Below, in pieces: positions 51,024 through 63,990 of a DNA stretch of 64,000 nucleotides (positions within the stretch are counted from its first letter, which is position 1; each line of letters starts with the position of its first letter). The position numbers and the translations under genes are program-made. The stretch lies in assembly GCF_056746865.1 (NCBI RefSeq), contig NZ_CM163382.1. One strand, written 5' to 3'. Under the pieces are notes generated by a model. The model did not search any database, had not been told where the DNA came from, and saw only the letters and a list, made by a program, of their open reading frames with translations.

Positions 51024-52424
51024 TTAGAAGCTGGCGTTACGCGGAGTACGTGGGAACGGAATCACATCACGCACGTTTTGCACACCAGTTACGTAAGCAA
51101 TCAGGCGTTCAAAACCAAGACCGAAACCGGAATGCGGAACAGTACCGTAGCGACGCAGATCGCGATACCACCAGTAATCTTCTTTATTCAGGCCCATTTC
51201 CAGCATACGCTCGTCCAGCACGTCCAGACGTTCTTCACGCTGGGAGCCACCAATGATCTCACCGATGCCCGGAGCCAGAACGTCCATAGCCGCAACGGTT
51301 TTACCGTCTTCGTTAAGGCGCATATAGAACGCTTTAATATCTTTCGGATAGTTTTTAACCACTACCGGTGCTTTAAAGTGTTCTTCCGCCAGATAACGCT
51401 CATGCTCAGAAGAGAGATCAACGCCCCAGTAAACTGGGTTTTCAAACTTCCTGCCGCAGTTTTCGAGAATAGTCACTGCGTCGGTGTAATCCACCTGCGC
51501 AAAATCGGCTTCAATGAAGCGTTCCAGACGTGAAACGGCATCTTTATCTACGCGTTCAGCGAAGAATTTCATGTCGTCAGCGCGTTCTTCGAGAACCGCT
51601 TTGAAGACATATTTCAGCATGGCTTCAGCCAGACCCGCGATATCGTTCAGGTTAGCAAACGCCACTTCCGGCTCCAGCATCCAGAATTCCGCCAGGTGAC
51701 GGCTGGTGTTGGAGTTTTCAGCACGGAAAGTCGGGCCGAAGGTATAAATTTTGGACAATGCGCAAGCGTAGGTTTCGCCGTTCAACTGGCCAGATACGGT
51801 CAGGAAAGACTCTTTACCAAAGAAGTCTTTGTCGAAATCCACTTTGCCCTGATCGTTACGCGGCAGGTTTTCCAGATCCAGCGTAGAAACGCGGAACATT
51901 TCGCCAGCCCCTTCGGTATCAGACGCAGTAATCAGTGGCGTTGAAACCCAGAAGAATCCCTGCTCGTTAAAGAAGCGATGCAGCGCCTGCGCCAGCGTAT
52001 GGCGAACGCGCGCGACGGCACCAATCAGGTTTGTGCGCGGACGCAGGTGAGCGACTTCACGCAGATACTCAATGCTGTGGCGTTTTGCCGCCATCGGGTA
52101 AGTGTCTGGATCTTCAACCCAACCAGCAACTTCAACCTTGCTGGCCTGAATTTCAAATTGTTGCCCCTGGCCCGGCGATGCCACGACTTTACCCGTCACA
52201 ATGACCGAGCAACCGGTGGTCAGACGCAGGACGTCTTCATTGTAATTGGGCAGAGAATTATTGATGACAGCCTGTACAGGATCAAAGCAGGAACCGTCAT
52301 AAACGGCGAGGAAGGAGATGCCAGCTTTTGAATCTCGGCGGGTACGTACCCATCCGCGCACGGTGACTTCGCTGTCAACGGCTACGCGGCCCTGGAGTAC
52401 GTCGGCTACAGGCACAACGCTCAT
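51024..52424 (-). CDS. asnS: Asparaginyl-tRNA synthetase
   Basis: 466 aa from [26 protein letters not shown]...; the ORF-track start at 52469 is an upstream extension. Confidence 0.95.
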
Positions 52425-52559
52425 AATATTCTCTCTGTTAATAGTCGGAAAAAATAAACACTTGTCCACCCGTAAATGGGGGGATACCTATGTTACCTGG
52501 CATCTGCAATCAGACAAGCAGAATTCGCAAATGCAGCGAAAGATTTCGGAATTAAAGGT

Positions 52560-52585
52560 AAAAAAAGGGAGCCGATTAGCTCCCT
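52560..52585 (-). terminator. Rho-independent terminator of pncB
   Basis: Hairpin gggagc-cgatta-gctccc preceded on plus by an A-run (T-run on minus). Confidence 0.6.
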
Positions 52586-52592
52586 GATGATA

Positions 52593-53795
52593 TTAACTGG
52601 CTTTTTTAATATGCGGAAGGTCGAACGCTTTGCGCAGCGCCCGAACAAACGCTTTATCGTGGCAGATAGTTTTGCCAGGGCTGTCAGAAAGTTTCGCCAC
52701 CGGTTTACCGTTACACTCTACCAACTTAATGACAATATTCAGGGGTTTTACCTGGGGGATATCGCAGGTCAGGCGAGTCCCAATACCAAAACTTAATTGC
52801 ACGCGGGAAGAGAAGTGGCGGTATAGCTCAACCGCTTTGCGTAAATCCAGATTGTCAGAGAAAACCAGCGTTTTACTCTGTGGATCAATTCCCAGCTTCT
52901 CATAATGTGCAATGGCTTTTTCACCCCATTCAACCGGGTCGCCGGAGTCATGACGCAGGCCCTGATAGCGACTGGCGAACTCGACACCGAAATCACGCAG
53001 GAAAGCATCCATAGTGATGCAGTCGGTTAATGCAATGCCAAGTTGGTCGGGATATTCTTCCAGCCAGGCAGCAAGTGCAGCTCGCTGGCTGTTGGCAAGA
53101 TCCGGACTGATTTGCTGATGCGCCTGGAACCATTCGTGTGCTTGTGTTCCCATTGGCGTGAGGGAAAGCCGACGCGCCAGATCGTAGTTGCTGGTGCCCA
53201 CGAACCAGGATTCCTGTTGCAGACGTTTCACGATGGTTTCTTGTACTTCACGAGAAAAACGTCGGCGGGTGCCAAAATCCATCAGATGGAAGCGCGACAT
53301 ATCAAGACCGGCGGTTAATGCCGAGAAATCGGCTAATTTGCTTTCCAGCGTGTCGAGGGCTTGCGCAACGTCGGCCTGCGGTGAGCGATAGCGATGTACC
53401 ATTTCACTGATAACCGCCAGCAAAGGAACTTCCCAGAGGATGACTTCACGCCACGGGCCGCTTAAACGAATATCCAGCTTGCCATTATCGTTGGACACGG
53501 TGACTTGTTCCGGGTTAAAGCGGAACTCGCGTAGCCAGTTAAGATAGTCGGCCTTAAAGAAAGGCAGGGCTGAGAGCCATTGATATTCATCATCCTGCAG
53601 GCGCAGGTGCTGCATCGCCTGAACCTGTTCACGAATAGCATCGGCATAAATACCCAGCAGATCGTCACCTCGGCAACGAAACTCCGCCGCGACATGCACA
53701 TCGTAATAGTGATGAAACACGGCTTGCTGCATATGCAACTTATAAGCATCTGTATCCAGCAACGAGTGCAGAACAGGAGAAGCGAATTGTGTCAT
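52593..53795 (-). CDS. pncB: Nicotinate phosphoribosyltransferase
   Basis: 400 aa from [31 protein letters not shown]...; the ORF-track start at 53843 is an upstream extension. Confidence 0.95.
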   Translation of the reverse strand: MTQFASPVLHSLLDTDAYKLHMQQAVFHHYYDVHVAAEFRCRGDDLLGIYADAIREQVQAMQHLRLQDDEYQWLSALPFFKADYLNWLREFRFNPEQVTVSNDNGKLDIRLSGPWREVILWEVPLLAVISEMVHRYRSPQADVAQALDTLESKLADFSALTAGLDMSRFHLMDFGTRRRFSREVQETIVKRLQQESWFVGTSNYDLARRLSLTPMGTQAHEWFQAHQQISPDLANSQRAALAAWLEEYPDQLGIALTDCITMDAFLRDFGVEFASRYQGLRHDSGDPVEWGEKAIAHYEKLGIDPQSKTLVFSDNLDLRKAVELYRHFSSRVQLSFGIGTRLTCDIPQVKPLNIVIKLVECNGKPVAKLSDSPGKTICHDKAFVRALRKAFDLPHIKKAS

Positions 53796-53825
53796 AGGTG
53801 CGCAGTAGCGTCCTCGTACAGGAGC

Positions 53826-53842
53826 GTTTAGTACAATAAACA
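53826..53842 (-). promoter_or_regulatory. Candidate NadR operator (inverted repeat) upstream of pncB
   Basis: GTTTA-gtacaa-TAAAC inverted repeat 30-47 bp upstream of the pncB start; NadR boxes are TGTTTA-type inverted repeats. Confidence 0.35.
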
Positions 53843-54060
53843 TCTTCAGGAACTGCTGGAGTATACCTTGTTTCGCAATTTATTGAACCCCGATCACACC
53901 ATATGCCACCTTTCTGGTCGATGGCATTACGCGGTGTATGTTATAAAAATGTAGCAATAAAGGCGTTTGTACCTGAAAAGATGAAGATTCTGCATAGCGC
54001 GATTTACGCAACAGGAATAGACTGAACACCAGACTCTATCAAAGATGCTAAAGGTTATTT

Positions 54061-56673
54061 ATGACTCAACAGCCACAAGCCAAATACCGTCACGATTATC
54101 GTGCGCCGGATTACCAGATTACTGATATTGACTTGACCTTTGACCTGGACGCGCAAAAGACGGTCGTTACCGCGGTCAGCCAGGCTGTCCGTCATGGTGC
54201 ATCAGATGCTCCGCTTCGTCTTGATGGCGAAGATCTTAAACTGGTTTCTGTTCATATTAATGATGAGCCGTGGACCGCCTGGAAAGAAGAAGAGGGCGCA
54301 CTGGTCATCAGTAATTTGCCGGAGCGTTTTACGCTTAAGATCGTTAATGAAATTAGCCCGGCGACGAATACCGCGCTGGAAGGGCTTTATCAGTCAGGCG
54401 ATGCGCTTTGCACTCAGTGTGAAGCCGAAGGTTTCCGCCATATTACGTATTATCTTGACCGCCCGGACGTACTGGCGCGTTTTACCACCAAAATTATTGC
54501 CGATAAAACCAAATATCCCTTCCTGCTTTCCAACGGTAACCGCGTTGCGCAAGGCGAACTGGAAAACGGACGTCACTGGGTACAGTGGCAGGACCCGTTC
54601 CCGAAACCGTGCTACCTGTTTGCGCTGGTTGCAGGCGACTTCGACGTGCTGCGCGACACCTTCACCACGCGTTCTGGTCGCGAAGTGGCGCTGGAGCTGT
54701 ACGTCGATCGCGGCAACCTCGACCGCGCGCCGTGGGCGATGACCTCGCTGAAAAACTCCATGAAATGGGATGAAGAACGCTTCGGCCTGGAGTATGACCT
54801 CGACATCTATATGATCGTCGCGGTGGATTTCTTCAATATGGGCGCAATGGAGAATAAAGGTCTGAATATCTTTAACTCCAAATATGTGCTGGCCCGTACC
54901 GACACCGCCACCGATAAAGATTACCTCGATATTGAGCGTGTTATCGGCCATGAATATTTCCATAACTGGACCGGTAACCGAGTGACCTGCCGCGACTGGT
55001 TCCAGCTCAGCCTGAAAGAAGGTTTAACCGTGTTCCGCGATCAGGAATTCAGCTCTGACCTTGGTTCCCGCGCGGTAAACCGTATCAACAACGTGCGCAC
55101 CATGCGCGGATTGCAGTTTGCGGAAGACGCCAGCCCGATGGCGCACCCGATCCGCCCGGATATGGTCATTGAGATGAACAACTTCTACACCCTGACCGTT
55201 TACGAGAAGGGCGCGGAAGTGATTCGCATGATCCACACCCTGCTGGGCGAAGAAAACTTCCAGAAAGGGATGCAGCTCTATTTCGAGCGCCATGATGGCA
55301 GCGCGGCAACCTGCGACGACTTTGTGCAGGCGATGGAAGATGCGTCGAATGTCGATCTCTCTCATTTCCGCCGTTGGTACAGCCAGTCCGGTACGCCGGT
55401 TGTGACCGTCAAAGACGACTATAATCCGGAAACTGAGCAGTACACCCTGACCATCAGCCAGCGTACGCCTGCTACGCCGGATCAGGCAGAAAAACAGCCG
55501 CTGCATATTCCGTTTGCCATCGAACTGTATGACAACGAAGGCAAAGTGATCCCGTTGCAAAAAGGCGGTCATCCGGTGAATTCGGTGCTGAACGTCACCC
55601 AGGCGGAACAGACCTTTGTCTTTGATAATGTCTACTTTCAGCCGGTGCCTGCGCTGCTGTGCGAATTCTCTGCGCCAGTGAAACTGGAATATAAGTGGAG
55701 CGATCAGCAACTGACCTTCCTGATGCGTCATGCGCGTAATGATTTCTCCCGCTGGGATGCGGCGCAAAGCCTGCTGGCAACCTACATCAAGCTGAACGTC
55801 GCGCGTCATCAGCAAGGTCAGCCGCTGTCTCTGCCGGTGCATGTGGCTGATGCTTTCCGCGCGGTACTGCTTGATGAGAAGATTGATCCGGCACTGGCGG
55901 CAGAAATCCTGACGCTGCCTTCCGTCAATGAAATGGCAGAACTGTTCGATATCATCGACCCGATTGCTATTGCTGAAGTACGCGAAGCACTCACTCGTAC
56001 TCTGGCGACTGAACTGGCGGATGAGCTACTGGCTATTTACAACGCGAATTACCAGAGCGAGTACCGTGTTGAGCATGAAGATATTGCAAAACGCACTCTG
56101 CGTAATGCCTGCCTGCGCTTCCTTGCTTTTGGTGAAACGCATCTGGCTGACGTGCTGGTGAGCAAGCAATACCATGAAGCAAACAATATGACCGATGCGC
56201 TGGCAGCGCTTTCTGCAGCGGTTGCTGCACAGCTGCCTTGCCGTGACGCGCTGATGCAGGAGTACGACGACAAGTGGCATCAGGATGGTCTGGTGATGGA
56301 TAAATGGTTTATCCTGCAAGCCACCAGCCCGGCGGCGAATGTGCTGGAGACGGTGCGTGGCCTGTTGCAGCATCGCTCATTTACCATGAGCAACCCGAAC
56401 CGTATTCGTTCGTTGATTGGTGCGTTTGCGGGCAGCAACCCGGCAGCGTTCCATGCCGAAGATGGCAGCGGTTACCAGTTCCTGGTGGAAATGCTTACCG
56501 ACCTCAACAGCCGTAACCCGCAGGTGGCTTCACGCCTGATTGAGCCGCTGATTCGCCTGAAACGTTACGATGCTAAACGTCAGGAGAAAATGCGCGCGGC
56601 GCTGGAGCAGTTGAAAGGGCTGGAAAATCTCTCTGGCGATCTGTACGAGAAGATAACTAAAGCACTGGCTTGA
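54061..56673 (+). CDS. pepN: Aminopeptidase N
   Basis: 870 aa; GAMEN and HEYFHNWTGN zinc motifs. Confidence 0.97.
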   Translation: MTQQPQAKYRHDYRAPDYQITDIDLTFDLDAQKTVVTAVSQAVRHGASDAPLRLDGEDLKLVSVHINDEPWTAWKEEEGALVISNLPERFTLKIVNEISPATNTALEGLYQSGDALCTQCEAEGFRHITYYLDRPDVLARFTTKIIADKTKYPFLLSNGNRVAQGELENGRHWVQWQDPFPKPCYLFALVAGDFDVLRDTFTTRSGREVALELYVDRGNLDRAPWAMTSLKNSMKWDEERFGLEYDLDIYMIVAVDFFNMGAMENKGLNIFNSKYVLARTDTATDKDYLDIERVIGHEYFHNWTGNRVTCRDWFQLSLKEGLTVFRDQEFSSDLGSRAVNRINNVRTMRGLQFAEDASPMAHPIRPDMVIEMNNFYTLTVYEKGAEVIRMIHTLLGEENFQKGMQLYFERHDGSAATCDDFVQAMEDASNVDLSHFRRWYSQSGTPVVTVKDDYNPETEQYTLTISQRTPATPDQAEKQPLHIPFAIELYDNEGKVIPLQKGGHPVNSVLNVTQAEQTFVFDNVYFQPVPALLCEFSAPVKLEYKWSDQQLTFLMRHARNDFSRWDAAQSLLATYIKLNVARHQQGQPLSLPVHVADAFRAVLLDEKIDPALAAEILTLPSVNEMAELFDIIDPIAIAEVREALTRTLATELADELLAIYNANYQSEYRVEHEDIAKRTLRNACLRFLAFGETHLADVLVSKQYHEANNMTDALAALSAAVAAQLPCRDALMQEYDDKWHQDGLVMDKWFILQATSPAANVLETVRGLLQHRSFTMSNPNRIRSLIGAFAGSNPAAFHAEDGSGYQFLVEMLTDLNSRNPQVASRLIEPLIRLKRYDAKRQEKMRAALEQLKGLENLSGDLYEKITKALA

Positions 56674-56690
56674 TACTTTTGAGCCAAAAT

Positions 56691-56709
56691 GCCTGATGCG
56701 ACGCTTGAC
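56691..56709. repeat. Left half of a palindromic unit (REP/PU) split by the IS insertion
   Basis: gcctgatgcgacgcttgac; joins with 58146..58163 to rebuild a full PU that differs at one base from the intact PU at 58236..58272. Confidence 0.8.
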
Positions 56710-57236
56710 TGAACTGCACCCCAAATGTTGGACATAATCTGACATCTGAAGGTGCAGTTTATGAAACATTCATTTGAAGTAAAACTTGCCGCTGTAAATC
56801 ATTACCTGGCTGGTCATGCAGGCATCATTTCTACGGCAAAACTCTTTCAACTTTCTCACACCAGCCTCTCACACTGGATTAATCTTTTTCTTCTTCACGG
56901 TCCTCGGGCACTGGATTGCAGACACAAGCGTAGCTATTCTCCTGAAGATAAACTTTGCGTGGTTCTTTATGCTCTCGGGCATTCTGAGTCTCTACCCCGG
57001 GTAGCTGCCCGGTTTAACATTCCCAGCCACAACACGGTTAAAAACTGGATAAAAGGCTACCGCAAATCTGGTAATGAGGCCTTTATCAGGCGCAGGAAGG
57101 AGAAAAGCATGACCCGTTCTGATGATACCCATGAAAACGAGGCAAACATGACGCCGGAAGAGATGAAGAATGAGCTGCGTTATCTTCGCGCAGAAAATGC
57201 ATATCTGAAAGCCATGCAGGAGCATCTCCTGGAAAA

Positions 57237-58312
<1,076 letters not shown>

Positions 58313-58314
58313 TA

Positions 58315-59082
58315 TTAACCATGACGCCGAATCGGTTGTTCAGAGTGCCCACGCTGCATCACCCGTTGCAACACTTCCGCTTCCAGCTCCGCTAATCGCA
58401 CCGACCCTAACCGGCGCGGACGGGGGATATCCACCGTCAAATCCAGACCAATTTTTCCCTCTTCAATTAATAACACCCGGTCCGCCATTGCTACCGCTTC
58501 GCTCACATCATGCGTCACCAACAGTACGGTAAAGCCGTGCTCCTGCCAAAGTGACACAATCAAATCCTGCATCTCGAGCCGAGTCAGGGCGTCCAGCGCC
58601 CCGAGCGGTTCATCAAGCAATAATAAACCTGGTCGATGAATCAACGCTCTTGCCAGCGCCACACGCTGTTTCTGCCCGCCAGAAAGTGCGGCAGGCCATT
58701 CCCGCGCGCGATTCTCCAGCCCTACCGCAGCCAGCGCCCGACGCGCGGCATCGCGCCACTGACCTTGAAGGCCTAGCCCAACGTTATCAATCACCGATTT
58801 CCACGGCAGCAGACGCGCATCCTGAAACATCATTCGCGTGTCTTCCTGAATCTGAGCCAGCGGTGTGGAACCCGCTAACACATCGCCAGCGGTTGGCGTT
58901 TCCAGACCTGCCAGCAGGCGCAGCAAGGTACTTTTGCCACCACCGCTGCGGCCCACCACCGCCACAAACTGACCTGCCGGAATATGTAAATCCAGTTGGT
59001 TCAGGACGATATTTTCTGCGTAATGTTTGCTTACTGCATTGAGCAACAATGGTGTGCCCTGGTTCAGACGAGCAGTATTCAT
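58315..59082 (-). CDS. ssuB: Aliphatic sulfonate ABC transporter ATP-binding protein
   Basis: 255 aa; Walker [10 protein letters not shown]; signature LSGGQKQR. Confidence 0.95.
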   Translation of the reverse strand: MNTARLNQGTPLLLNAVSKHYAENIVLNQLDLHIPAGQFVAVVGRSGGGKSTLLRLLAGLETPTAGDVLAGSTPLAQIQEDTRMMFQDARLLPWKSVIDNVGLGLQGQWRDAARRALAAVGLENRAREWPAALSGGQKQRVALARALIHRPGLLLLDEPLGALDALTRLEMQDLIVSLWQEHGFTVLLVTHDVSEAVAMADRVLLIEEGKIGLDLTVDIPRPRRLGSVRLAELEAEVLQRVMQRGHSEQPIRRHG

Positions 59083-59870
59083 ACCGTGGCCTCCTTCAAA
59101 TGATAAGCCGGGTTCCAGCGCAACCAGAGGCGCTCTAACAGCTGCGCGCTGACGTCAGCAAGTTTGCCGAGCAGGGCGTAAAGAATAATAGCGACAACCA
59201 CCACGTCCGTTTGCAGAAACTCCCGCGCATTCATCGCCAGATAACCAATGCCGGAATTGGCAGAAATAGTTTCGGCAACGATCAGTGTCAGCCACATCAG
59301 GCCCAACGCAAAACGCACGCCGACCATAATTGAGGGCAGGGCGCCAGGCAGGATCACATGGATAAACAGCGGTATGCCGGATAATCCATAGCTACGCGCC
59401 ATCTCCACCAGCCCGCGATCGATATTACGGATGCCATGCCAGGTGTTGATATAAATGGGGAATAGCGTGCCAAGCGCCACCAGAAAGATTTTTGCGGATT
59501 CATCAATGCCAAACCACAAAATCACCAGCGGGATCAGCGCCAGATGCGGCACGTTGCGCAACATCTGAATTGAGGTATCCAGCAGCCGTTCTCCCCAGCG
59601 CGACAGCCCGCTAATCAGTCCCAGAATCAAGCCCAGCGATCCGCCAATTGAAAAGCCAATGAGCGCCCGCCAGGAGCTGATCGCCAGATGCTGCCACAAT
59701 TCGCCGCTGGCGGAGAGCGTCCAGAACGCCATCACTACCCCTTCCGGTGAGGGCAAAATACGCGTCGACAGCCAGCCAACTGAGGAGGCCAGTTGCCACA
59801 CCGCCACGATGCCCACCGGTAAAAACCAGGGGGCAACGCGCAATAACCACTTTTTCACTGGCGTTGCCAT
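59079..59870 (-). CDS. ssuC: Aliphatic sulfonate ABC transporter permease
   Basis: 263 aa from [16 protein letters not shown]...; 4-nt overlap with ssuB. Confidence 0.93.
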   Translation of the reverse strand: MATPVKKWLLRVAPWFLPVGIVAVWQLASSVGWLSTRILPSPEGVVMAFWTLSASGELWQHLAISSWRALIGFSIGGSLGLILGLISGLSRWGERLLDTSIQMLRNVPHLALIPLVILWFGIDESAKIFLVALGTLFPIYINTWHGIRNIDRGLVEMARSYGLSGIPLFIHVILPGALPSIMVGVRFALGLMWLTLIVAETISANSGIGYLAMNAREFLQTDVVVVAIILYALLGKLADVSAQLLERLWLRWNPAYHLKEATV

Positions 59871-59881
59871 CATTTTGTTCC

Positions 59882-61027
59882 TTAGCTTTGCGCGACTTTA
59901 CGGGGGATAAATTCATTTGCCACCGCTTCGCCTTGCGGATTCAGCGGCTGCGGCTGGGGAATTTCCGGGATGGCGACATCCAGATGCGGGAACAGCAACT
60001 CGCCAACCCGATACGCTTCTTCCAGATGCGGGTAGCCCGAAAGCACAAAACTGTCGATGCCAAGTGCAGCGTATTCGTTGATTCGCGCGGCGACCGTCGG
60101 ACCATCGCCCACCAGCGCCGTCCCGGCACCGCCGCGGACTAAGCCAACGCCCGCCCATAAATTGGGGCTGATCTCCAGATTGTCGCGCTTGCCGTTATGT
60201 AACGCCGCCATCCGCTGTTGTCCTACGGAATCCGTCCGGGCGAATGCGGCCTGTGCTTTGGCGATAGTCTCATCATCAAGATGCGAGATTAACCGCTCGG
60301 CGGCCTGCCACGCTTCGTCGCTGGTTTCACGAACAATCACATGCAGACGAATACCGAAACGAATTTTGCGTCCATGCGCGGCAGCTTTCGCCCGCACTTG
60401 TTCGATTTTCTCTTTAACCAGTTCCGGCGGTTCGCCCCAGGTAAGGTAGAAATCTACTTGTTCTGCCGCCAGCTCCTGCGCGACATCTGACGATCCGCCA
60501 AAGTAAAGCGGAGGATACGGCTGTTGAATCGGCGGGAAGAGTAGTTTGGCTCCGCGCACATGAATATGTTTACCGTTGAAATTGACGGTTTCCCCCAGCA
60601 ATAAGCGCCGCCAGACCTGGGTAAATTCCGCCGAGGCTTCGTAGCGCTCGCGATGATCAAGGAACACGCCGTCGCCTGCCAGCTCTTGTGGATCGCTGCC
60701 TGTGACCAGATTAAACAACGCACGACCATTCGAGAGACGGTCAAGCGTGGCGGCCTGGCGGGCGGCAACGGTAGGAGAGGTTACGCTGGGACGCAGGGCG
60801 ACAAGAAACTTCAGCCGTTGCGTCACCGGGATCATCGACGCGGCAACCAGCCACGCATCTTCGCAGGAGCGCCCCGTTGGGATCAGCACGCCGGTATAGC
60901 CCAGACGATCCGCTGCTTGCGCAATTTGTTGCAGATAACCGTGATCAACCGGGCGTGAACCTTCTTCCGTTCCCAGATAATGCCCGTCACCGTGGGTTGG
61001 TAAAAACCAGAACATATTCAGACTCAT
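59882..61027 (-). CDS. ssuD: FMNH2-dependent alkanesulfonate monooxygenase
   Basis: 381 aa [40 protein letters not shown]... Confidence 0.96.
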   Translation of the reverse strand: MSLNMFWFLPTHGDGHYLGTEEGSRPVDHGYLQQIAQAADRLGYTGVLIPTGRSCEDAWLVAASMIPVTQRLKFLVALRPSVTSPTVAARQAATLDRLSNGRALFNLVTGSDPQELAGDGVFLDHRERYEASAEFTQVWRRLLLGETVNFNGKHIHVRGAKLLFPPIQQPYPPLYFGGSSDVAQELAAEQVDFYLTWGEPPELVKEKIEQVRAKAAAHGRKIRFGIRLHVIVRETSDEAWQAAERLISHLDDETIAKAQAAFARTDSVGQQRMAALHNGKRDNLEISPNLWAGVGLVRGGAGTALVGDGPTVAARINEYAALGIDSFVLSGYPHLEEAYRVGELLFPHLDVAIPEIPQPQPLNPQGEAVANEFIPRKVAQS

Positions 61028-61983
61028 AATTGTTTTCCTTCCAGTTGAGTGGGCTGCCAGATACGCTGGCGAATATCGACTTTTTTCGGCATCAGACGGT
61101 TTTCATAAAACAGATCTGCCGTTTGCTGCTGTAAGGCGGCAACCTCGGCGTTAACCGGTTTGATGGTGGTAGGGGGGCGATGATCTAAATAAGAGGCAAT
61201 CACCGGCGTTGGTAAGCCCATCGTTTTTGCCAGTAAAGCGATGCTTTGCTCGCGCTGGCTGCGGGTTAACGCATCGGCCTCACTAAAGGTTGCCAGTACG
61301 CCCTGAATAAAAGCGCCGTTTTTTTCTGCATACGGACGGGCAGCCAGATAAAACGATCCGGTTTGATTGAGATCGGTACCGTCTTTTAGCACCCGCACGC
61401 CGCCCTGTAATAATGCAGCGGAGTAGTAGGGATCCCAGATAGCCCATGCGTCGACGTTACCTTGCTGGAACGCGGCGCGGGCATCGGCAGGCGTCAGGTA
61501 AGTGGGCTGGATATCCGTGAATTTAAGCCCGGCCTGGCGTAGTGCGCGTAGTAAAAGATTGTGCGAGCTGGAACCTTTCTGAAAGGCAACTTTGTGACCT
61601 TTAAGATCGGCTACGGTTTTGATCGGGCTGTTTTCTGGCACCAGAATCACTTCGGCTTTGGGCTTCGGCGGCTCGACGCCCACGTACACCAAATCAGCCC
61701 CGGCAGCCTGGGCAAAGATTGGCGGAATATCTCCGGTACTGCCGAGATCAATACTGCCAACGTTTAACGCCTCCAGCATCTGTGGGCCAGCGGGGAACTC
61801 CACCCAGGAGATTTTGGTTTGCGGATAGCGTTTTTCCAGTAACTGGTGGCTTTTTGCCAGCACCATACCAATACTGCCTTTCTGATAGCCTATACGTAAC
61901 GCTTCAGGAGAGGATTCTGCAGCAACCGCAATCGTAGAGACGCTAAGTAATCCCGCCAGCGCCAGTTGAATGATGTTACGCAT
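61024..61983 (-). CDS. ssuA: Aliphatic sulfonate ABC transporter periplasmic binding protein
   Basis: 319 aa from [21 protein letters not shown]...; the ORF-track start at 62118 is an upstream extension into ssuE. Confidence 0.93.
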   Translation of the reverse strand: MRNIIQLALAGLLSVSTIAVAAESSPEALRIGYQKGSIGMVLAKSHQLLEKRYPQTKISWVEFPAGPQMLEALNVGSIDLGSTGDIPPIFAQAAGADLVYVGVEPPKPKAEVILVPENSPIKTVADLKGHKVAFQKGSSSHNLLLRALRQAGLKFTDIQPTYLTPADARAAFQQGNVDAWAIWDPYYSAALLQGGVRVLKDGTDLNQTGSFYLAARPYAEKNGAFIQGVLATFSEADALTRSQREQSIALLAKTMGLPTPVIASYLDHRPPTTIKPVNAEVAALQQQTADLFYENRLMPKKVDIRQRIWQPTQLEGKQL

Positions 61984-62551
61984 GGGCATTACCTCGCAGA
62001 GACAGAAGATCGGGAACCTGAATATCGCGGCGGTGCAGCGCCTGCCAGAAAGTTTCCAGCGCGGTATCAAGACGGGTTTGCAGATTTGGCGTGAACTGCG
62101 GCTTGTGGTGGTAATCAATCACCTGTGAGTCATCGGCAAACACGCCGTGCAGGATCTCCTGGGCTTTCAGCGCACTTAAAACTGGCTTAAGGGCATAATC
62201 GACCGCCAGCAGATGGGCCACCGTACCGCCCGTCGCCAGCGGTAGCACCACTTTGCCTTGCAACGCACGTTCTGGCAGTAGGTCGAGCAGGGTTTTCAGC
62301 GCACCGGAATAGGCGGCTTTATACACAGGCGTGGCGACAATCAGCCCATCGGCCTGTTGCAGCTGTTCGGTGAAGGTTTTGAGTGCCGGACTATCGAAAC
62401 GAGCATAAAGTAGATCTTCCGGGGCGAAGTTTTGCAGATTCCAGTGATAAACCTCTACATCCAGGCCATTTAGTTTTTCCCGCGCATATTCCAGCAAGGA
62501 GCTGGAACGAGAAGGAAAGCGAGGACTACCCGCCAGGGTGATGACACGCAT
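61976..62551 (-). CDS. ssuE: NADPH-dependent FMN reductase
   Basis: 191 aa MRVITLAGSPRFPSRSSSLLEYAREKLNGL... Confidence 0.95.
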   Translation of the reverse strand: MRVITLAGSPRFPSRSSSLLEYAREKLNGLDVEVYHWNLQNFAPEDLLYARFDSPALKTFTEQLQQADGLIVATPVYKAAYSGALKTLLDLLPERALQGKVVLPLATGGTVAHLLAVDYALKPVLSALKAQEILHGVFADDSQVIDYHHKPQFTPNLQTRLDTALETFWQALHRRDIQVPDLLSLRGNAHA

Positions 62552-62686
62552 ACTCTCTCCTTATAACCAATTGTTCTTGTTTTGTTAACATTGATAACAA
62601 TTCGGTCAGTCTGACAGAGGGCGTCCGCGAGTCGAAATGATTTATCTGAGGAAGAAAAGCCAAAAAAAGCATAAAAAAAGCGCAAT

Positions 62687-62702
62687 AAGAAAACGTTTGC
62701 TA
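62687..62702 (+). promoter_or_regulatory. Candidate PurR box in the pyrD promoter
   Basis: AAGAAAACGTTTGCTA matches the reverse complement of the PurR operator ACGCAAACGTTTTCTT at 14 of 16 positions; about 90 bp upstream of the pyrD ATG. Confidence 0.5.
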
Positions 62703-62787
62703 TTTATTGCCACAGGTCAATTCCCTTTTGGTCCGAACTCGCACATAATACGCCCCCGGTTTGCACACCGGGAATCCAGGAGAGTTC

Positions 62788-63798
62788 ATGTACTACCCCT
62801 TCGTTCGTAAAGCCCTTTTCCAGCTCGATCCAGAGCGCGCTCATGAGTTTACTTTTCAGCAATTACGCCGTATTACAGGAACGCCGTTTGAAGCACTGGT
62901 GCGGCAGAAAGTGCCTGCGAAACCTGTTAACTGCATGGGCCTGACGTTTAAAAATCCGCTTGGTCTGGCAGCCGGTCTTGATAAAGACGGGGAGTGCATT
63001 GACGCGTTAGGCGCGATGGGATTTGGATCGATCGAGATCGGTACCGTCACGCCACGTCCACAGCCAGGTAATGACAAGCCGCGTCTCTTTCGTCTGGTAG
63101 ATGCCGAAGGTTTGATCAACCGTATGGGCTTTAATAATCTTGGCGTTGATAACCTCGTAGAGAACGTAAAAAAAGCCCATTATGATGGCGTCCTGGGTAT
63201 TAACATCGGCAAAAATAAAGATACGCCGGTGGAGCAGGGTAAAGATGACTATCTGATTTGTATGGAAAAAATCTATGCTTATGCGGGATATATCGCCATC
63301 AATATTTCATCGCCGAATACACCGGGATTACGTACTCTGCAATATGGCGAAGCGCTGGATGATCTCTTAACCGCGATTAAAAATAAGCAAAATGATTTGC
63401 AAGCGATGCACCATAAATATGTGCCGATCGCAGTGAAGATCGCGCCGGATCTTTCTGAAGAAGAATTGATCCAGGTTGCCGATAGTTTAGTTCGCCATAA
63501 TATTGATGGCGTTATTGCAACCAATACCACGCTCGATCGTTCTCTGGTTCAGGGAATGAAAAATTGTGATCAAACCGGTGGCTTAAGTGGTCGTCCGCTT
63601 CAGTTAAAAAGCACCGAAATTATTCGCCGTTTATCACAGGAATTAAATGGTCGCTTACCGATCATCGGTGTTGGCGGCATCGACTCGGTTATCGCTGCGC
63701 GTGAAAAGATTGCTGCGGGGGCCTCACTGGTGCAAATTTATTCTGGTTTTATTTTTAAAGGTCCGCCGCTGATTAAAGAAATCGTTACCCATATCTAA
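62788..63798 (+). CDS. pyrD: Dihydroorotate dehydrogenase (quinone)
   Basis: 336 aa from [29 protein letters not shown]...; the ORF-track start at 62761 is an upstream extension. Confidence 0.96.
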   Translation: MYYPFVRKALFQLDPERAHEFTFQQLRRITGTPFEALVRQKVPAKPVNCMGLTFKNPLGLAAGLDKDGECIDALGAMGFGSIEIGTVTPRPQPGNDKPRLFRLVDAEGLINRMGFNNLGVDNLVENVKKAHYDGVLGINIGKNKDTPVEQGKDDYLICMEKIYAYAGYIAINISSPNTPGLRTLQYGEALDDLLTAIKNKQNDLQAMHHKYVPIAVKIAPDLSEEELIQVADSLVRHNIDGVIATNTTLDRSLVQGMKNCDQTGGLSGRPLQLKSTEIIRRLSQELNGRLPIIGVGGIDSVIAAREKIAAGASLVQIYSGFIFKGPPLIKEIVTHI

Positions 63799-63961
63799 TT
63801 ATTTCTTCGAATTCCTCTTTATAAGATAATCAGGGCTTTATTTTAAGCCCTGGTTGTTTTATATTCATCGCTGTTGCTTATTTAGACATGTTGTACTTTT
63901 ATTGTTGAGGTTATTAAGCGAAGCGACAATGGATTGTGTTGCTGCGGTTTTATAGGGTAGG

Positions 63962-63990
63962 GGAGAGGCAAATGCGAATTAAACCAGATG
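63962..63990 (+). CDS. zapC: Cell division protein ZapC, first 9 codons only (runs off the window end)
   Basis: ATG at 63962 after GAGAGG; MRIKPDDNW matches the ZapC N-terminus from memory; the printed sequence ends at 63990. Confidence 0.7.

Noticed and set aside
52318-52796. ORFs 52318..52587(+) and 52476..52796(+) in and around the asnS-pncB intergenic region
   Set aside because: They overlap the asnS 5' end and the pncB 3' end and terminator on the opposite strand and have no start signals or recognisable domains.
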